Below, piece after piece: positions 14,600 to 29,224 of a stretch of 64,000 bases of DNA. A model generated the notes under the pieces. That model searched no databases. It was not told the origin of the DNA and saw only the letters and a program-made list of their open reading frames with translations. How positions within the stretch are numbered: position 1 is the first letter of the stretch; each line of letters opens with the position of its first letter. The translations under genes were made by a program, and so were the position numbers. The DNA comes from Octopus vulgaris (lineage: Eukaryota): NCBI GenBank assembly GCA_951406725.2, contig OX597821.1, forward strand, positions 89,094,001 through 89,158,000. The letters are read 5' to 3'.

Positions 14600-17290
14600 T
14601 CGAAAAGATCTCTCAAATGAATGAACATTCTTGTAGAAAGCAATTCATCTGCAAATCATCTGATACCATTCTTCAAAGGTAGTCTCGTTATATACAGCAT
14701 AAATATGTCCTCTTTTCGGGTGGGAAGATGTAGGTGTCAAACAATCTAAGCTCTCATCACATCTCCTGCTTTCGAACCAGTTTTCTTGCTTCAAGTTCCT
14801 GTGACCTATTAGTGCTGGCTCTCTTCACATCCGACGGAGGTGTCAAATACTAGAAAAATTTGCGTTTTGTCTGATATTCCCTGATTTCGTTCCTATCTCG
14901 TTTCCACTCTTCCTCGTCACATCATACTAATATGCCAACCCTGCACGCTATTACTCTCCGACACACAAATTCATGACTCCCTACCAAAAATCCAGTCTAC
15001 ATTCTTTCCTTTATCCAGTCTACAATCTTTACTCAAAGTTTACTCAGAATTCTGGTCTCAGCACAGCCTTAGACACCATTCTCTCATCGCTATATTTGGA
15101 CATCAATACTAATGACTTCCAATTAACTTGGGTGTAATCACCCCTTTCATTACCCACTTTATACATCTTACCCACTTTTTGGCATTCCGAACTCTTTTAA
15201 TCACCGACAACTCTTCCATATATCTCCTCTTGCATAGAGGATATATTTCTCGCGTAAATTCTCTCCAAAGTTGAAGGCGAATGGCTCCGTGGTTAGAGCA
15301 TCAGGTTCACAATCATGAGGTAGTGAGGTCGATTTCCGGGTTGGGCTGTTGGTTGTGTTCGTAAGTACACGTTGCTCCATTTCACTGCTGTAGAAATGAG
15401 TTGCGCCGTCACTGGTGCCAAGCTGTATCGGTCTTTGCCTTTCCTTTGGATAACATCGGTGGCGTGGAGAGGGAAGGCTGGTATTCATGGGCGACTGCTA
15501 GTCTTCCATAAATCAAGCATGACCAGACTTATTTCCCAGAGAGTAGCTTTCTAAGAGCAATCCCATGGTTAATTTTGATCGAAGAAAGCGCGGGGGGGGT
15601 GCTTATCACCCTCGGTGACTTTAACACTAGTGACACTCCTTGTAGAACAATACCGCTGATATGAGCAATATGTCAAAAACCGAATATTATGCAATCTTCA
15701 ACTCGCAACATCAACTTGTTTCAATCCCTTTTTACGCATATATAACACACATTTTCCAAGCACTTTTAATATCTTTCTCAGTTCCAAATATAACTTCCAT
15801 AACTTCTGTTACATCGCAGTTATCCGTTGCACATCCAGAAATACAAAATACCTCCATATTTCAGACCCTGTGGCACTTCAAGCCAGCCGAATATTCGAAA
15901 TTCCACCAGGTCTATACAAGCTAATCCTAGTAGTATGTGTTTTACTTTTAAACCATCAAAACATTGTTACATTTGTGTATGAAACTGCCTTTTTGGATAT
16001 GTACCTTCTCAGCATTCCCCCCACACAAAAAAAAAATAATATTCCACTGTTCAGGTGCTGCGGGTGTCCAGGTAAAAGGAAACAGAATCTGCAACACCCA
16101 TAAAAATTTAGTTACTTCCTGAGAAGTGAGCGGTATTTATCCAGGACAACAACTTTTGAAAAACCACAGCCCGAACCATGCAGAGTGTCTTCTTGTCGCA
16201 CATAGACTACAAGCTCCTTTGACTCACAAATGGCAGCTAATCTTTGTCAAAGTAATGTCCACTAATGTTGCAGTGCCCTGAATTCTGTGGCCTCTTGATT
16301 ATAATAGATCTATTAACAATATTCCTACGAATCATGTCTTCATCTACATTGCTTGCCTTACATCAATTTCCATATTGTGCACACTGGATAAACTATATCT
16401 AAAACCTTTAAACCTTTCCACCGCACCAGTTTTGCCACTGTTCCTACTTATACGCTAAGTATGAAAGTATATCAACCTATGTCGTTACTCAAGGTCATTG
16501 GCAATATTAGTATCCTTCTCATCAAACTCATAGACCGTCACATCCTTCAACTTATTCAGTCTGTACTACTCCAGTAATTTATTCTGATTTCAAGAAACAC
16601 GTCGTTGTGCCCCACACTATGAATTTCAACACTTCTGTTCCTTCCAATCATCGCACCTTTTCGCACCTGCTTCCAATGTATAACATAGGTAATGGAGAGG
16701 ACACTTAACACTTTCTCCAATACTTTGATTCTCTCTCTCTTTCTCATTGTCATTACGGAGAGAATCTTTATGCTATATGACTGATAATGATTAGCATAAT
16801 AACACTCAGAGACACTCTCGCATCTGAATTACGAAGACCATTGGGTGAAATAAGCGAGACATATTCACTTATGTAACCAAAAGTCGTTTCTTGTATTTGC
16901 GAGATTTTAGAAAGCAGTCTCCTTTCCGAGTATATCACAACGTCTTCACCATGTATGGCATTCAAATCTCCTATAAAAACGTCCCATCTATGGGCTTCAT
17001 CCGTCTAACTTCACTTAGATTCGTAGCTTCATATTAGATCACATAATTTCGGTATGTGCTGATGAAAGTACATTTGTAACACAACGTATCAATTCACGTC
17101 TGCTCTCATATTTAGTTTTGTTCCTACTTTCTATCTTTTGAACATCAATTACCTATTTGTCGTCAAGACCAATATCATTCACATTCCTGAAGATAACACT
17201 ATCCTTCATTCTTACCTAAATTTTCCAAGCATATGTCAATCCCATTTAATCGAGAAGCCATATGCCAAACTAGGAATGGCTCCAAAGGGG
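14600..17290 (-). mobile_element. Highly decayed LINE-like remnants interrupted by a SINE and a possible mariner 5' fragment (~16100-16300)
   Basis: Pyrimidine-rich plus strand with patchy coding-like pattern on the minus strand; no clean motifs. Confidence 0.3.
15271..15585 (+). mobile_element. tRNA-derived SINE family A-related
   Basis: TGGCTCCGTGGTTAGAGC A box, GGTCGATTTCC B box; homologous to the 17857 copy. Confidence 0.85.
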
Positions 17291-17856
17291 AGTGATACAA
17301 CAATATTTATCATACAAGAAGAAAACATGTAGTACACTGCAAAGCACATGGATTAATGTAAGCAGATATTTCACAACTTGATTTCCTATAATTTGAGATT
17401 TATCATCCCAATTGTGAGCAACAATTTTTGACTAGTACTGAAATATCATAATTTCAATCGCAATTATTCCGGAGCATGACTAGAAAGAAGATACACTTAT
17501 CTAGAATTAAAATATCCATATGAGGTATGGAGTGTTATGTAATTAGCTATAATTGTATTTGTTTCATTGTCCACGTCATGCAACATAACATCAGAGTGGT
17601 AAACTTAATGGATATATTCTCTTTAGACAATGACATGCAACTGGTAAACACGTATCATTAACATTACTAGAATCCCGTGGGTAGGACTTGAAAGCGTAAC
17701 TTATTAGTTTAGTGAAGCAGCAGATTATATCAATAATGATTTTGGATTGCCTGCCATTCGTCAGTTCCTCTGGACTTTGCTTTACCGTTGCAATATGAAG
17801 CATTGCTTAAATGGAATGTCTTTCCAAGAAATTCATACTGCACTATGTTATCCACA

Positions 17857-18181
17857 GTGAAGGCCCATGGCTCAGTGGTTAGAGCGTCGAGCTTACGATC
17901 GTGAGGTTGTGAGTTCGATTCCCGGACCGGGCTGTTTGTTGTGTTCTTGAGGAAGACACTTTGTTTCACGTTGCTCCAGTTCACTCAGTTGTAGAAATGA
18001 GTTACGTCATCACTGATGCCAAGCTGTATGGGCCTTTGCCTTTCCCTTGGATAACATCAGTGGTATGCATGGGTGACTGCTGGTCTTCCATAAACAACCT
18101 TTCCCGGACTTGTGCCTGGGAGGGTAACTTTCTAGGTGCAATCCCCTGTCATTCATGACTGAAGAGGGTCTCCTCCACTTC
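17857..18181 (+). mobile_element. tRNA-derived SINE family A-related with 16-bp TSD
   Basis: A box TGGCTCAGTGG, B box GAGTTCGATTCCC; TSD CTATGTTATCCACAGT at 17843-58 and 18182-97. Confidence 0.92.
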
Positions 18182-20635
18182 CTATGTTATCCACAGTAGA
18201 GGTGTAACTGTCTATTTGCCTCTTTGTATTTCTTTCTTTCTCTTTCTCTTTCTTTGCCATTGAAATTGATATAAAACAAGGAGAATGTAAACAACATCTA
18301 CTAACGTCCATACCAGTAATATCGCGGGAGCTTCAATTACGAAGTGCCTTTAGGTCTCTAACTGCACATCCGTCGAATTTCCCATGACTAAAATTTATGT
18401 TTATCGCACTTTCTTCTGCAATGGATGTCATTATCTCTGTCTAAATATTTCTCGCATACAACACCAATTGTATAGTCTCTTTTTTAATGTTACTACTGGT
18501 ACCAACAACATCATTACTACTTATTCGAGGGCAGTTTACAGATTATATCTTGCTGGTTTATTATTTTAGTCGTAAATTACATTAATAAGAGAGTTGCATA
18601 ATAATGTCCTAAAACTAGTGGTTAGTTTTACTATGTAACTGACGTTTAACTCTGAGGAGGCCAATGGCATGAAGTAGTTACATGATTAGAGTAACTGCTA
18701 TGTGCTGTTGTGGCTTCTGTCTCGTTTCTGTGATTATTTGTGCTATAACCTTTTCTTCTCTGCAGTTTGTTGCGAAGAACGAGTATTGTAACAAGTGAAT
18801 CTATTTATACCCATGAAGGACCGTATTTTTGATAAATTGTCATTGTTTTGTCAAAAATCAACGATCAATTTAGCGATCAACATTCACAACTACGCTTTCA
18901 TACGTAGATATTTATTCATACATATATGTGTGTGGAGAGTTGCTTTTACACACATACAAACACTGATTTTCTTTAATACATGCGTACGTACACACGTGAC
19001 TTTCACAGGTATACACACTACACCCTGAGGTGATAGTCATTATCAAAGAGGAATATCTGAATATAAATTACGCTATTATTTCAATAAAGCGTCCTTCCAA
19101 AAAATGGTCAAAATATTAGTAAAGATTTCATTAAGAACAAAATGGATGCAACATTCTGAAATACAGAAATATAATAATAGTAAGAAAATAATTATAATAA
19201 CGACATCAAGAACAATAAAAAACAATTGCCATAATGTTGATAATAACAACAGTTATGGTAATAGCAGCGAAACTACTAAACCTGATCATAATGATATCAA
19301 TAATATTGATAATATAAATAATAATAACAGCAATACCAATATACAGACAACCGTAAAAGGCAAAAGGAAAGAATTAGCTTAGGTGCTAACAAGAATTTTA
19401 CAAAAAAATCTCAATAACCAGTATCTTTACTGGTAATGAAGGGCCTAAAGTGATTTGGGAGTTTTAGTAAGTCTTGTTTATTTTTGTTTCGGTTTTTGTT
19501 TTGTATTATTTTCTTTTATAGTTTATTAAATGTAATGGGGGTTCACACTATCTGAAAGTAATATATTTATAGCAGACAATATTCAGTACGAAAGATATTC
19601 TACACTATATATTTTATTTCTTGCACTCGTATATACGATTATCATATCACATTGCAATTACCACAAGTATTTTTATATAGTCTTGCACGTGCGAGGTCTA
19701 TCGCGAGGATTATTTCACTACTTACTTTTGATAGAGAAGTGAGGATAGTCTCCTTTGCCGAGTGACTATGGAGAAGACATTATTTTATGGTGAACGCGAT
19801 TGAAAACTAGCAAGTAGAGCTTTTACTCACAGACGAAGCCCCCATCAACTTCTAAAAGTATCACTTTATGAGGAAGGCAAGGTTACAGTGGGACGATGTG
19901 CTGTTCAGTAAGTACATCGGGGTGGCTATCGAAACCTCTGTGGCAAAACTGCCTTACATTAACAATACAGATATAGATTGTTTGTCGAAACTAAGAGGAG
20001 GAATATGCTTAGGTTATCCGGATTGTCTGCGACGTGTCCCGAATCAACCTATGAGTGTTTTTGGTCCGTCATTTGGTGTTCATTCTCTAGTAATTAAGCT
20101 TTGTTCTAAATCTATGCATCGTTGATGTTATTTGTTTTTGCCTCATGTTTTGGCAGAGGGAGGATGTGGAAAAGCACGAGACACACCTGCCCATAAATTC
20201 ATCCAACAATACATGGAAAGGAGTAACACCTGGTTTATCGTCAATAACATTGGTGGTGCTGTCAACATTAACTAGTAATCATCCTGTGATACGATATCTG
20301 TAGTCGGTCAATGCGAAAACAACTTTAGTTCGGTGCCCTGGAAAACCACAAAACAATACCAGAACTATAGAGGGCGCTGAGAGAAATGAAATCTAGTAAT
20401 TCTTTAGAACTGGTAATGAAGTACATCTCAGACTGAGTCGAAACTAAAGCAATGATATCCAGTATGGCCGCTTTTAACCATTTGAAAATACTCAATATTT
20501 GTTATTTTCAGCTTTCAGTCTAATAGGAAAAGTCATGAAATTTCGTAGCAGAATTAAATGAGCAGTTCGTGATGTTGAATGGTTAGTTTAATTTTTCATG
20601 TTCCTGTTGTATAAGAGAAGGCCAAACGTTAAAAT

Positions 20636-20776
20636 TGGTGGTGGTGGTGGTGGTGATGTTGTTAGTGAATGGTAAAGATGTGGCTGATGGTGATGTTGAT
20701 GATGACAGTAATGATGATGATGATGATGAGGATTATGATGATGATGAGGATGATGATGATGATGATGATGATGATT

Positions 20777-20836
<60 letters not shown>

Positions 20837-21085
20837 ATGATGATTATGATGATTATGATGATTATGATGATGATGATGATGATGATGATGATTATGATGA
20901 TGATGATGATGATGATGATGATTATGATGATCATGATGATGATGATCATGATCATGATTATGATGATTATGATGATGATGATGATGATTATGATGATTAT
21001 GATGATGATGATGACGATGATGATAAGGATAACGACAACGATGATGATGATGATGATGAAGATGGTGGTGTTTGTGGTGGTGGTA
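20636..21085. repeat. (GAT)n trinucleotide repeat with TAT/CAT variants
   Basis: Seen directly; source of the poly-D/M/I ORFs. Confidence 0.97.
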
Positions 21086-22004
21086 CCGCAGCTGTTGTCG
21101 ATAGTGATGGTTATTATGATGTTGAGGTTACACAGTGAATTGAAGCTGCATTTATCAGCCTATATTCAACCATTGTCTTCTCCCATTCAATTTATTTCTC
21201 TTCTTTTACTTCAGGTTTTATAACGGAAAGTCCACAACTTGTGCAATCGTTGTGGACCAATCGGCTTTCGCCTCTGGGATGGGCCCTATACAGCGTATCA
21301 GAAAGACGATGAGCATCTCACATCGCCTTTGAATGTTTTTGAGATCCCGTGTTACAGAAGCAAAAGAAATCTGTACTATTCTTTGGTTGTAAAGTAGTCT
21401 GCTGCCTGAAGTGCAGGGATGTAAATTTAACAATAAAGAATCTATGAAAATTCCAATTACTCTGAATTGCATTACCATTATTTTAGCGTAAAATAAATGC
21501 GAGTTATCATAATATTACGATTTCTTAAATTGGTACAAAGTCGATAATTCTGAAGAGCGAACTATTGACAAATGAATGGACAGCACTTATCTAGAAGCTG
21601 CTAGAGGTTACTTCTTCGATTCTAATTATGTGAATACGATGTAAACCGCAATAAAACAGCCCTTCTATTGCTGTTTCGCCACAGGTACATCTTAAACGAG
21701 CTGAATTATGAATGAAGGCACCCAAGCCAATCATCGTCACCTTTTTATTTAGGTTCAGTGAATCATATAACTATATCATACAGAATGTCCTTCCATTTTT
21801 AAATCCGAAAGATGTTCTTTAAGGGAGGTATGGTTCATATTGCTCGCCGGTCGTGTCACGACGTTCAGACAACTCTGCAGGCATTGTTATTGCGAAGTTG
21901 AAAAAGTATTGTTGTTTTGATGTATAAGATCAATTCAGCTCTCACCCTGTAGAAGTATGATCAAAGACATTTTAAATATGACTACTTATCTTTTGAAAGG
22001 TAAG

Positions 22005-22243
22005 AGAGTCCAGTTTGCTGGACATTGTTGTAGAGCTGAAAAAGAGGTAATTTCTACTCTTTTTCCTCTGGAAGCCATCTACTCGCAATACCAGAGGGCG
22101 CACACTCTCCTACCCTGATGTAATCTCCAGGGATACAGGCATCCAGCAACAGGACCTCCGTAATGGCATGATGGACCGTGAAGTCTGGCGTAGCATGGTA
22201 AATTCCATTGTCTCGACCACGGTCAAACAATGACGATGATGAC
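22005..22243 (+). mobile_element. 3' end of an RTE-clade LINE
   Basis: Encodes RVQFAGHCCRAEKEVISTLFLWKP...GRTLSYPDVISRDTG...MMDREVWRSMV then a (TGA)n tail. Confidence 0.8.
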
Positions 22244-23404
22244 TTATCATTTTAATGCAGCGATAGTTATCTACGATTATATTGTTCTATGTATCCTTCT
22301 ATTAGAAGCTGATAGAATGCCATTTAAGGAAGATCATTTTGCTATTTCTAGTTGGTCGACTGGTCGGACGAAGGAAACTTTGTGGGCTCATTCTTTTGGT
22401 ACACTGGTGTGTAAAACAAGATCTTATTTATTTATGTTCAACCTCTTAGACAAATATCGCGGCTTTCTTCACCTTCGCTGACTGACTTGTTTTACTTATA
22501 CTTCGGGTTAAGTGAATCCAACTGTAAAAATATAAACGCAATAGCCTTTAACAAAAGCCATCCCTGCATATTAATATGGAGAAAATGCCCATAAAAGAGA
22601 GAATGTATTTATTTGTTCATATGTATACGTAGTATATAAATACATACTACATACATAAATACATGCGTACATACATGCATACAAATATACACACACATAC
22701 ACAAACGCACACAAACATATATAAGAAATCATATAGAAACAAAATTCAATAAAAATATACATAGGGCAGTTAGGAATTGATAGGATTTTGCCAGAATTTT
22801 CCGGTTCGATCAAATAGAAAAATTCCATGTAAAACTAATGGATACCATTTCTGTTCTTCTAAATTTCCAGCTGTTCTGCTCAAACAAAAACCAAATGAAG
22901 CATAATTGCGAGATGAATAAAATGCACTTTTATTTGAACACGTATTTAGAGTTTACTATCGAAGCATTTAAAAATAGGTTTACGATCGATTTAATGAGCC
23001 TGGATTAAAGAGATTAACGAATTGGAATGCTGAAGTTGGCAAAGACACTGACACGTAGATGCCATATCAGAGAATACCTCAGATAGATTTCAGCCGGCAG
23101 CTGTCCATGGCATTGTTAACTTGATGGACATCACGAATATTATAGAGGTTTCTTTTCTCATTTCTGGTGTCGTTAATATTTATTATTATTATACAAGCAG
23201 CGAAGTATAGAGTCAACAGAGCGTTAATTTCTTTAAATTCTCTGATTAAATCCTGCTCAGATAGACTTCACTTTGGTATAAAGCTAAATGTGATTCAGAT
23301 CAGTAAAATAAAGTACCAGTAAAAAACTGAAGCCGAAGTACTCGACAGAACCCACGCCTCTCAAAACTTGCTGGCTTCGCACCTGAAACATAAGTTTATT
23401 GTTG

Positions 23405-24215
23405 TGTCAGACTGGCCTCGCGGTCCGGACCAAACCAAAATCCGAACAATTTAACCGGTCCTTCCGTCTAATGCCCTACAGTGCCTTATAGGAGCCGAGC
23501 TGCAAATCCACCGACTTGTTCTGATTAATTTTTACTTCTGGCACCGTTTCGTACTCCCTTAAGTTAGTGCCGATCACTTCGATCTCTGAGATGTCCGAAA
23601 CTATTACGGTTACGTCGTCCCTGTATGCTGACACGAAACTTCTGCATCCTAGATCGCAAAAATAACTTCCTTAGTAATGACTCGAGAGTCAGTACGTAGA
23701 TAAGGGGAGGGTATAGGCATTCTTGACGGTTCGAAAGAGCGATACTAAACGATTCCGACATGTGGCCGTTTACTTGGACCACCGAAGATATGTCGCTATA
23801 CATTGCAGCGATCCAGCCTCTGAAAACAAGACCGGAACAAGCCGCAGCGGGGACAAAAGCTTTCTATTGATCCAAATTGACCAGGGCTCCATCCATATCA
23901 GTTTCCTTCCTTACCGTCTCTGTCGTGTAGCACCTAAGGTGGAAGTTGTCGTGGCTTGTGACTATAGGGGTAGTGCTTGTCTGCGCGTCACCGACCAGCT
24001 TTTCGTCGACTAATGCCAACCTCTTGGCTAATACCTTGGCCAAAATCTTATAATCTGCGTTCAGAAGAGTTATGGGCCTAAACTTATCTAATTGGTCCCC
24101 TCGTTTGGGTCCTTTCTCAGGAGCACCACCTCGCCACGGCTCACTGTACTGGGTATTCTCCCGTCCTGCTTCCAGTCGTGGTAGACATCCACCAAGAGAT
24201 ATCCAAACGTTGAGC
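23405..24215 (-). mobile_element. Decayed Tx1/L1-clade RT fragment
   Basis: Minus strand RPITLLNADYKILAKVLAKRL, INLDQ*KAF, VQVNGHMSESF..RQEC.YPPLIYVLTLESLLRKL; stops and frameshifts. Confidence 0.82.
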
Positions 24216-24439
24216 GGTGACCCTGCTTCTAGGGCGACACCAGGCCACGAACATTTATGCTACCTACTCTTAAACAACTCACGATGACCGCACAGAATTT
24301 AGAGAAGACACAAAGGGGCGTGCACTTACCATTCAGGTATCGCTGGAGGTCAAGTGTCTCAACGTCCATGAGTTGTTGGGGTTCCCCTTTAAAAGCCTAC
24401 TCGTGGCCTTTACATTAGAGGTTCTCACGTCTTGCGTGA

Positions 24440-24883
24440 AGCTCTCCCTAATGAGTTTATATGCCTCTACAGGCATTCAGCAAAAGAGACCGGATTTGTG
24501 GAGCGCAAATAATTAGATTCTGCACAACCACCATGCACCCTGTTTCTTCACTTGTGGGCTACTCGCCAAATACATGGTATCGCTTCTGCACCCACACTAT
24601 TAACCAGATTTCGCACGTCTGGATTTTCATCTCTTTCCCAAGAAGAAAAGGCATCTTAAAAGTCACCATTTTTACACCGTTATTCAGATTCAGAGCGAAT
24701 CGCAGAAGGTCCTCCACTCACTTACGGAAAACGACTTCCAGACCGGATTCCAAAAGTGGCTGGAACACTGGTGTATTTCTAGCAAGGTGACTATTTCGAA
24801 GGCAATAATGTTAAAACTTAGGTAAATGAGTTTTTTATTTATTAAACATAACTAGTCCGAGAGCTTTGTGATACCACCTCGTA
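24440..24883 (+). mobile_element. Mariner transposase 3' relic with right TIR
   Basis: IQQKRPDLW..., DF.LFP, GDYFEG; ends GAGCTTTGTGATACCACCTCG|TA. Confidence 0.72.
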
Positions 24884-25251
24884 TCATCATGTGATTTGGG
24901 GACTGAAAGTGCAGTAGAGTAACTATAATTTCTGAGAATGTCTACCTTCAGATGCTCCATAACTTCGCAACCATTTGATTTAAAATGTTCAGCAAGTTCT
25001 AGCGAACTATTGTTCTTGTGTCAGGCGTCCCACAAACGCCCACCGATGTTTATGCGCAAGTTGATAACTTTATGAATTCTGTTATAAATTTTACTTTGAG
25101 TGCTAAAATTAAGAGTAAACGATTCACCTGTCATTAGCGATTTCTTTTAAGGTATAAAGAAGGGCTCGCGCGCACACACACACACATACATACATACATA
25201 TATATATATATATACACATATACATACATATATATATATACACATATACAT

Positions 25252-25286
<35 letters not shown>

Positions 25287-25619
25287 CATACAAACTGGGA
25301 CAACAAAACATCGAGATAGACGATAAAAAGAAAACAAGGACGGGTCATTCGAAGTTTTCTTTCCTCAGTTAAGTACCAGTTTATCTTCACAATTTCGGCT
25401 CATTATACTTGAGATTGCTCCAATCTGGCCAATACAGGTTCACTAGAAAGTGGAAAGAGCTCCCTACATAAAAAGGAGATGCTTAAGAGTCACCCTCGAA
25501 AATTTCACAGTAATTTATCGGGTATTCATGATCGATATAAAGCAAAACTAATCATTTAGTGATGAGATTTAAACTAGTTCGTATTTAAATTTCTATATGA
25601 ATATAATAAAATCAGTATA

Positions 25620-25860
25620 ATACGTGGAGGTATCAAGACGTTCCCTATTTATGGTTTCCTATTTATGGTTAGTAAAAAAGGCCTTATATGTTTTAACATC
25701 ATTTCTTTCGAAATAGTCACCTTGCACAGCAATACACTGGTGCCAGCGCTACTGCCTCTTTTGGAATCCGATCTGGAAGTCGTTTTCCGTAAGCAAGAGG
25801 AGGACCTTCTGAGATCCACTCTGGATCTCGATAACGGAGTTAAAACGGCGGCAACAAACT
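25620..25860 (-). mobile_element. Mariner 3'-end relic
   Basis: Minus strand RWHQCIAVQGDYFE; TIR-like TACGTGGAGGTATCAAGACGTTCC. Confidence 0.65.
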
Positions 25861-26155
25861 ATTGTCTTGAAAAACAGGAAAGAACTCTAGCTAACGTAAT
25901 CCTAAGTACACTCTTTAAAACTAAAATCTACCGGGAAAAAATTGCTGTCATTTCTGGAAAGCTATTAATCGTAAGTTTACGTGATTATAATTTATTTGGT
26001 AGTAAACAGCATTTAGTGATGGGATTTTGAGTGCAACAGAGCCGGAGGTGATATTCCAGGAAATTTTATGTATATTATATTGCTTCAGTTCACTTTTGTT
26101 ATTTCTAATACCATTAAAGTTGCGCATGGATATCGCACAATCTCTTTACACTTAA

Positions 26156-26498
26156 TGTGGTAAGAAGCTTGCATGATTCCGAGTTCAATTTCGCTGGATC
26201 CTTGGACAAGCGTCTTCTATTAAAGCTTCAGGCCGACCAAAGCCTTGTGAGTGGATTTGGTAGTCGTAAACGGAAAGAAGCCTGTTGTATATAAATATGT
26301 ATATCTCTATGTGTGTATGTCTTTGTCGCTGTTTACGTAACTGTGATTTAGCGTACGGCAAAAGAGATTGATAGAATGAGTGATTGGCTTAAAAAATAAG
26401 TCTTGGGTCGATTCGTTCGACTAAACTTTTTAAAGGTGGTGTCCCGGCATGGCCTCTGTCAAATGACTAAAACTTGTAAAAGATAAAAGATAAAAGAT
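26156..26498 (+). mobile_element. SINE family B, degraded
   Basis: GGCCGACCAAAGCCTTGTGAGTGGATTTGGTAG shared with the 31378 and 54198 copies; (GATAAAA)n tail. Confidence 0.8.
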
Positions 26499-26987
26499 TG
26501 GTACAAATGAGACACAAACATGAATGGCAGTAACGAGTGCTGGTTCGTTAAAACATCTAATATGCTAACATAATATGCAATTTTGCTAGAAATCTTAGGA
26601 AAATATAACCTCGAAACAGAACTGTTCTAGAAAAGGACCAATTGAATAAAGTGGATTTGGGTTCCCTGTAGATAAGAAAGTAACATAATGGTCAAGGCTG
26701 GAATGCCGTTGGTCAGCTCGAGTACAGTAAACATGGGGAAAACCGACAGTAACTAGTTAAATCACCTCTAGCTACACCTATCGTAATAAAAAAGGATGGA
26801 TTCATTGTTTTACATAATCATACTATATTTGAAAATAAATACAGTCGGGCTATGGTTTAAATGCTTTTGAATATCAATATATTTGATAGCGCCTGCCATT
26901 TGGCTAAACAACAACAACAGTAACTACAAATAATCTCAGCTCCTATGTTGTTATTGGTTAAATGGGGTTTTTTTTTAATTATTAGAT

Positions 26988-27306
26988 TGCACCCCGTCAG
27001 TTACGACGACGAGTGTTCCTGTTGATCCGATCAAGGCAAGAACCTGCTCGAGTTATTAACGGGCAAGTGGCTGAGCACTTCACAAACAGGCGTACACTCA
27101 ACGTAGTTCTCAAGGAGATTCAGCGTGATGCAGAATATTCACAAGGCTGACCCTTTGAAATAAAAATACAACTCGTTTTCGCCAGCTCAGTAAACAGAAG
27201 CGATGTGAAATAAAATGTTTTGTTCAAGGGCACCATACACTGCCGGGTATCGAACTCATGACCTTAAGATCGTGAGCGCAATAGTAACCATTAAGCCACA
27301 CACCCT
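26988..27306 (-). mobile_element. SINE family A-related, degraded
   Basis: Tail CCGTCAGTTACGACGACGAG..GTTGATCCGATCAA and tRNA-like head homologous to 13028-13352. Confidence 0.8.
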
Positions 27307-28779
27307 ATTATTTTATTTCGCCATATGTATGTGTATCATTGACTGAAAGTAAACCGCTAGCAGAGAACCTCCAACCTATAGTACCAATTCCAATTTCAGG
27401 AGAAATATATTTTTACTTCAGTCATGCTATCTATAACATCTGAAAATGCATCAATACCTCCGCATCCCACTCCGCTTTCTTTTTGAGATATATCACCTTG
27501 ATCGAAATCGAAAGTAAAAGTTTGATTACCAACCTAGTAATTTATACATATGGTCAGTTGGTGTGAAGGTCCGTTTGTCTGTTGGACTGTGCCAATAGAG
27601 CTGTTCGTCAGATGATATGTATAACGTAAGCAAGAACTATCACTGCAAAGAATAATTAAATTTTTGCGAGGTGTAATAAACTATTGGAAAGTCTCTTTCT
27701 GTTACCATTCCACTGCTATTGTCTTGGCAATCTACCAGATTTCAGGCTATAAATGTCTTGACATTTCACATGCAAGCGAACCTTCTGTAATCTGATATTT
27801 GCGTAAGACAATCTTTGACACAAATAAATATAAGAGACATCAGTGGTGAAAAGATTTCGCCAATCTGATTAGCTATCTCAGATTTTTCGGAAAGATTATA
27901 TCAATCGGTAGATTCTATCAGGAAGAAAATCTATAGACTACATTGAGGTATTTTAATTCTTTTCGAGATGTGTTAAAAGATACACGTCATTTCTATTGGC
28001 ATACACATACAGTTATGTACTCAATAATTATACGTATACTCTCCCGCATACTCAAATACTCACACAGCCGCATGCACATGAAATTATATAAGTGTATGCG
28101 CTTACATATTATGTGAGTATGTGTCTATGTGTTTAATAAAGACACACACAAACACAAACACATATATGTGTGTATATATGCATATATGTATGTATATATG
28201 TATGTACGTGTAATGTAATTTGCTTCAAGCATTGCCTTGTACAAATGATATATTCTTGAAAAGACCTTGAAGCAATGCAGGTGAGAAGTTAGGCAAAAGA
28301 CAAGATATTGCATTGCCATACGCACATTGTTTAATAATCTGATTATATTTCGGAAACGTTTCTTTCATCATGTATACTAGAGAAAATAGTCCAATAATTC
28401 AGAAAAAAATGTTATTGACGGTAGTCCGCACTGTCTCTACAGTGGGTTATTTTAAATTGTATAATAGATGCAGTGAGCTTTTCTTTGAAATATAACAAAC
28501 AACCTCTGTAGGGTGATACATATGTTGTTTTTATTTATGAGCATCTCCTTGCATATATTGCCTAAATTTACACCTGCGTTATTCAAACGTCTTCTTCAAT
28601 GCATATACATGGTGTTCTGACTAAAATTTGATGAGTTGTACGTCTCCCGTTTTTCAAGAACAGCTTGATGTACTGTGAACAGTGAGCGATGGAGAGCACA
28701 AATATAAAGTTGTGGATGAGAAAAAAATGTTTGCCGATATAGAGGATTCGAAGCCATGTGAATATTAGAAAATTAATTA

Positions 28780-29215
28780 CCTGCATCATGATGATTCACG
28801 CCGGTATCCCAACGCCAACATCATGACCGCTGCTAAATGCTATGTGAACATTCAAAAGGCTGTAAGATGAGATATGGACAGCTACAATGGAGAATAAGAA
28901 ATCGTGGCTAACGAGAAAGTATACAGCATGCGTTCTGACTGCATCCACACGCCAGTGTTCGTCCAAGATACGACGAACAGGGCATTGGGCTCATTTCAGA
29001 TGTCTATGTGAAACTGCTGAATATTGTTGTCAAACGCTGCTTGGAGAGAGCTGATGTTGGAAGGCCAATTGTGTTACAGCAGGATTCACCTCCTCATAAT
29101 ACTTCTGGAAAGAGTAGATAGTTGTTGTTGGATTATTTCTACTTTTTCACTATTCCTAATTTCTGGCCTCCTAATGTACCAGATTGTAATCCCACTGATT
29201 ACTGTGTGTAGGCTT
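28780..29215 (+). mobile_element. Tc1/mariner (DD37D/maT-like) transposase relic
   Basis: YVKLLNIVVKR..VGRPIVLQQDSPPH...PNFWPPNVPDCNPTDYCV. Confidence 0.7.
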
Positions 29216-29224
29216 TTACTCGAA

